DNA from: Rhizaria sp. SCN 62-66
Lineage: Eukaryota
Assembly: GCA_001724265.1 (NCBI GenBank)
Contig: MEDY01000371.1
Location: 1-48,181 of the forward strand
DNA length: 48,181 nt
Direction: 5' to 3'
Part shown: positions 47,826 to 48,181 of the stretch, piece by piece
How the letters are laid out: every line of letters starts with the position of its first letter
Position numbering within the stretch: position 1 is the stretch's first letter
Made by a program: the position numbers and the translations under genes
Notes under the pieces: model-generated
The model's input: only the letters and a program-made list of their open reading frames with translations
What the model was told of the DNA's origin: nothing
The model's database searches: none

Positions 47826-48181
47826 GGGGGGGGGGGGGGTTAGTTGGTTTCTCGCCGGTTATAGTACTCGTTGTACTAAGTACTCGCCGCAATTGCTGCT
47901 GCGGCAACAATAACCAATAAGGAATCGCGAACTTTAATGTTTGTGATTAGTTTTTCGGTGGGTACTGTATGATCCGTACATATCAGAAGCAAAAACAAAA
48001 GTGAAAAGACGCAAATCAAGCGCTTACAACAACAGTTATATAACAATACAACAACAAACAATAACAATAACTCCTAAGCTTACTAACCCCTATGTAGCGT
48101 CAACTAAAAAACGCGATTTCGCGCTTTTTTTGCGACTTTGGCGCACTTTCGTAGAAGTTATCAAACTACGTGGTTTATTTA

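Overview
Eukaryotic (protist-like) nuclear DNA with GC-rich exons and AT-rich GT-AG introns of 107-318 nt. The organism cannot be named from this window. Nine protein-coding loci were spliced by hand. Minus strand: a 5' partial ATG4-like protease, a diacylglycerol kinase, a ~2745-aa polycystin-1-like REJ/GPS protein, a TMEM243-like protein, a ~1460-aa type I surface protein, a very divergent and inflated CAND1, and an 882-aa mitochondrial protein with a bS21-like motif. Plus strand: a small hypothetical gene and RPB1 (9 exons, 20 perfect CTD heptads). Best leads: (1) two neighbouring genes each carry one in-frame TAG while all eight complete genes end in TAA or TGA, hinting at UAG read as sense; (2) a perfect 100-bp inverted duplication inside a CAND1 exon with a frameshift at its edge; (3) a five-TM, channel-less, PLAT-less polycystin-1-like receptor with a structured element over the branch point upstream of its start; (4) a GTACG-dominated splice donor and acceptor sites hugging start codons. 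Family assignments come from motifs recognised by eye; no searches were run.
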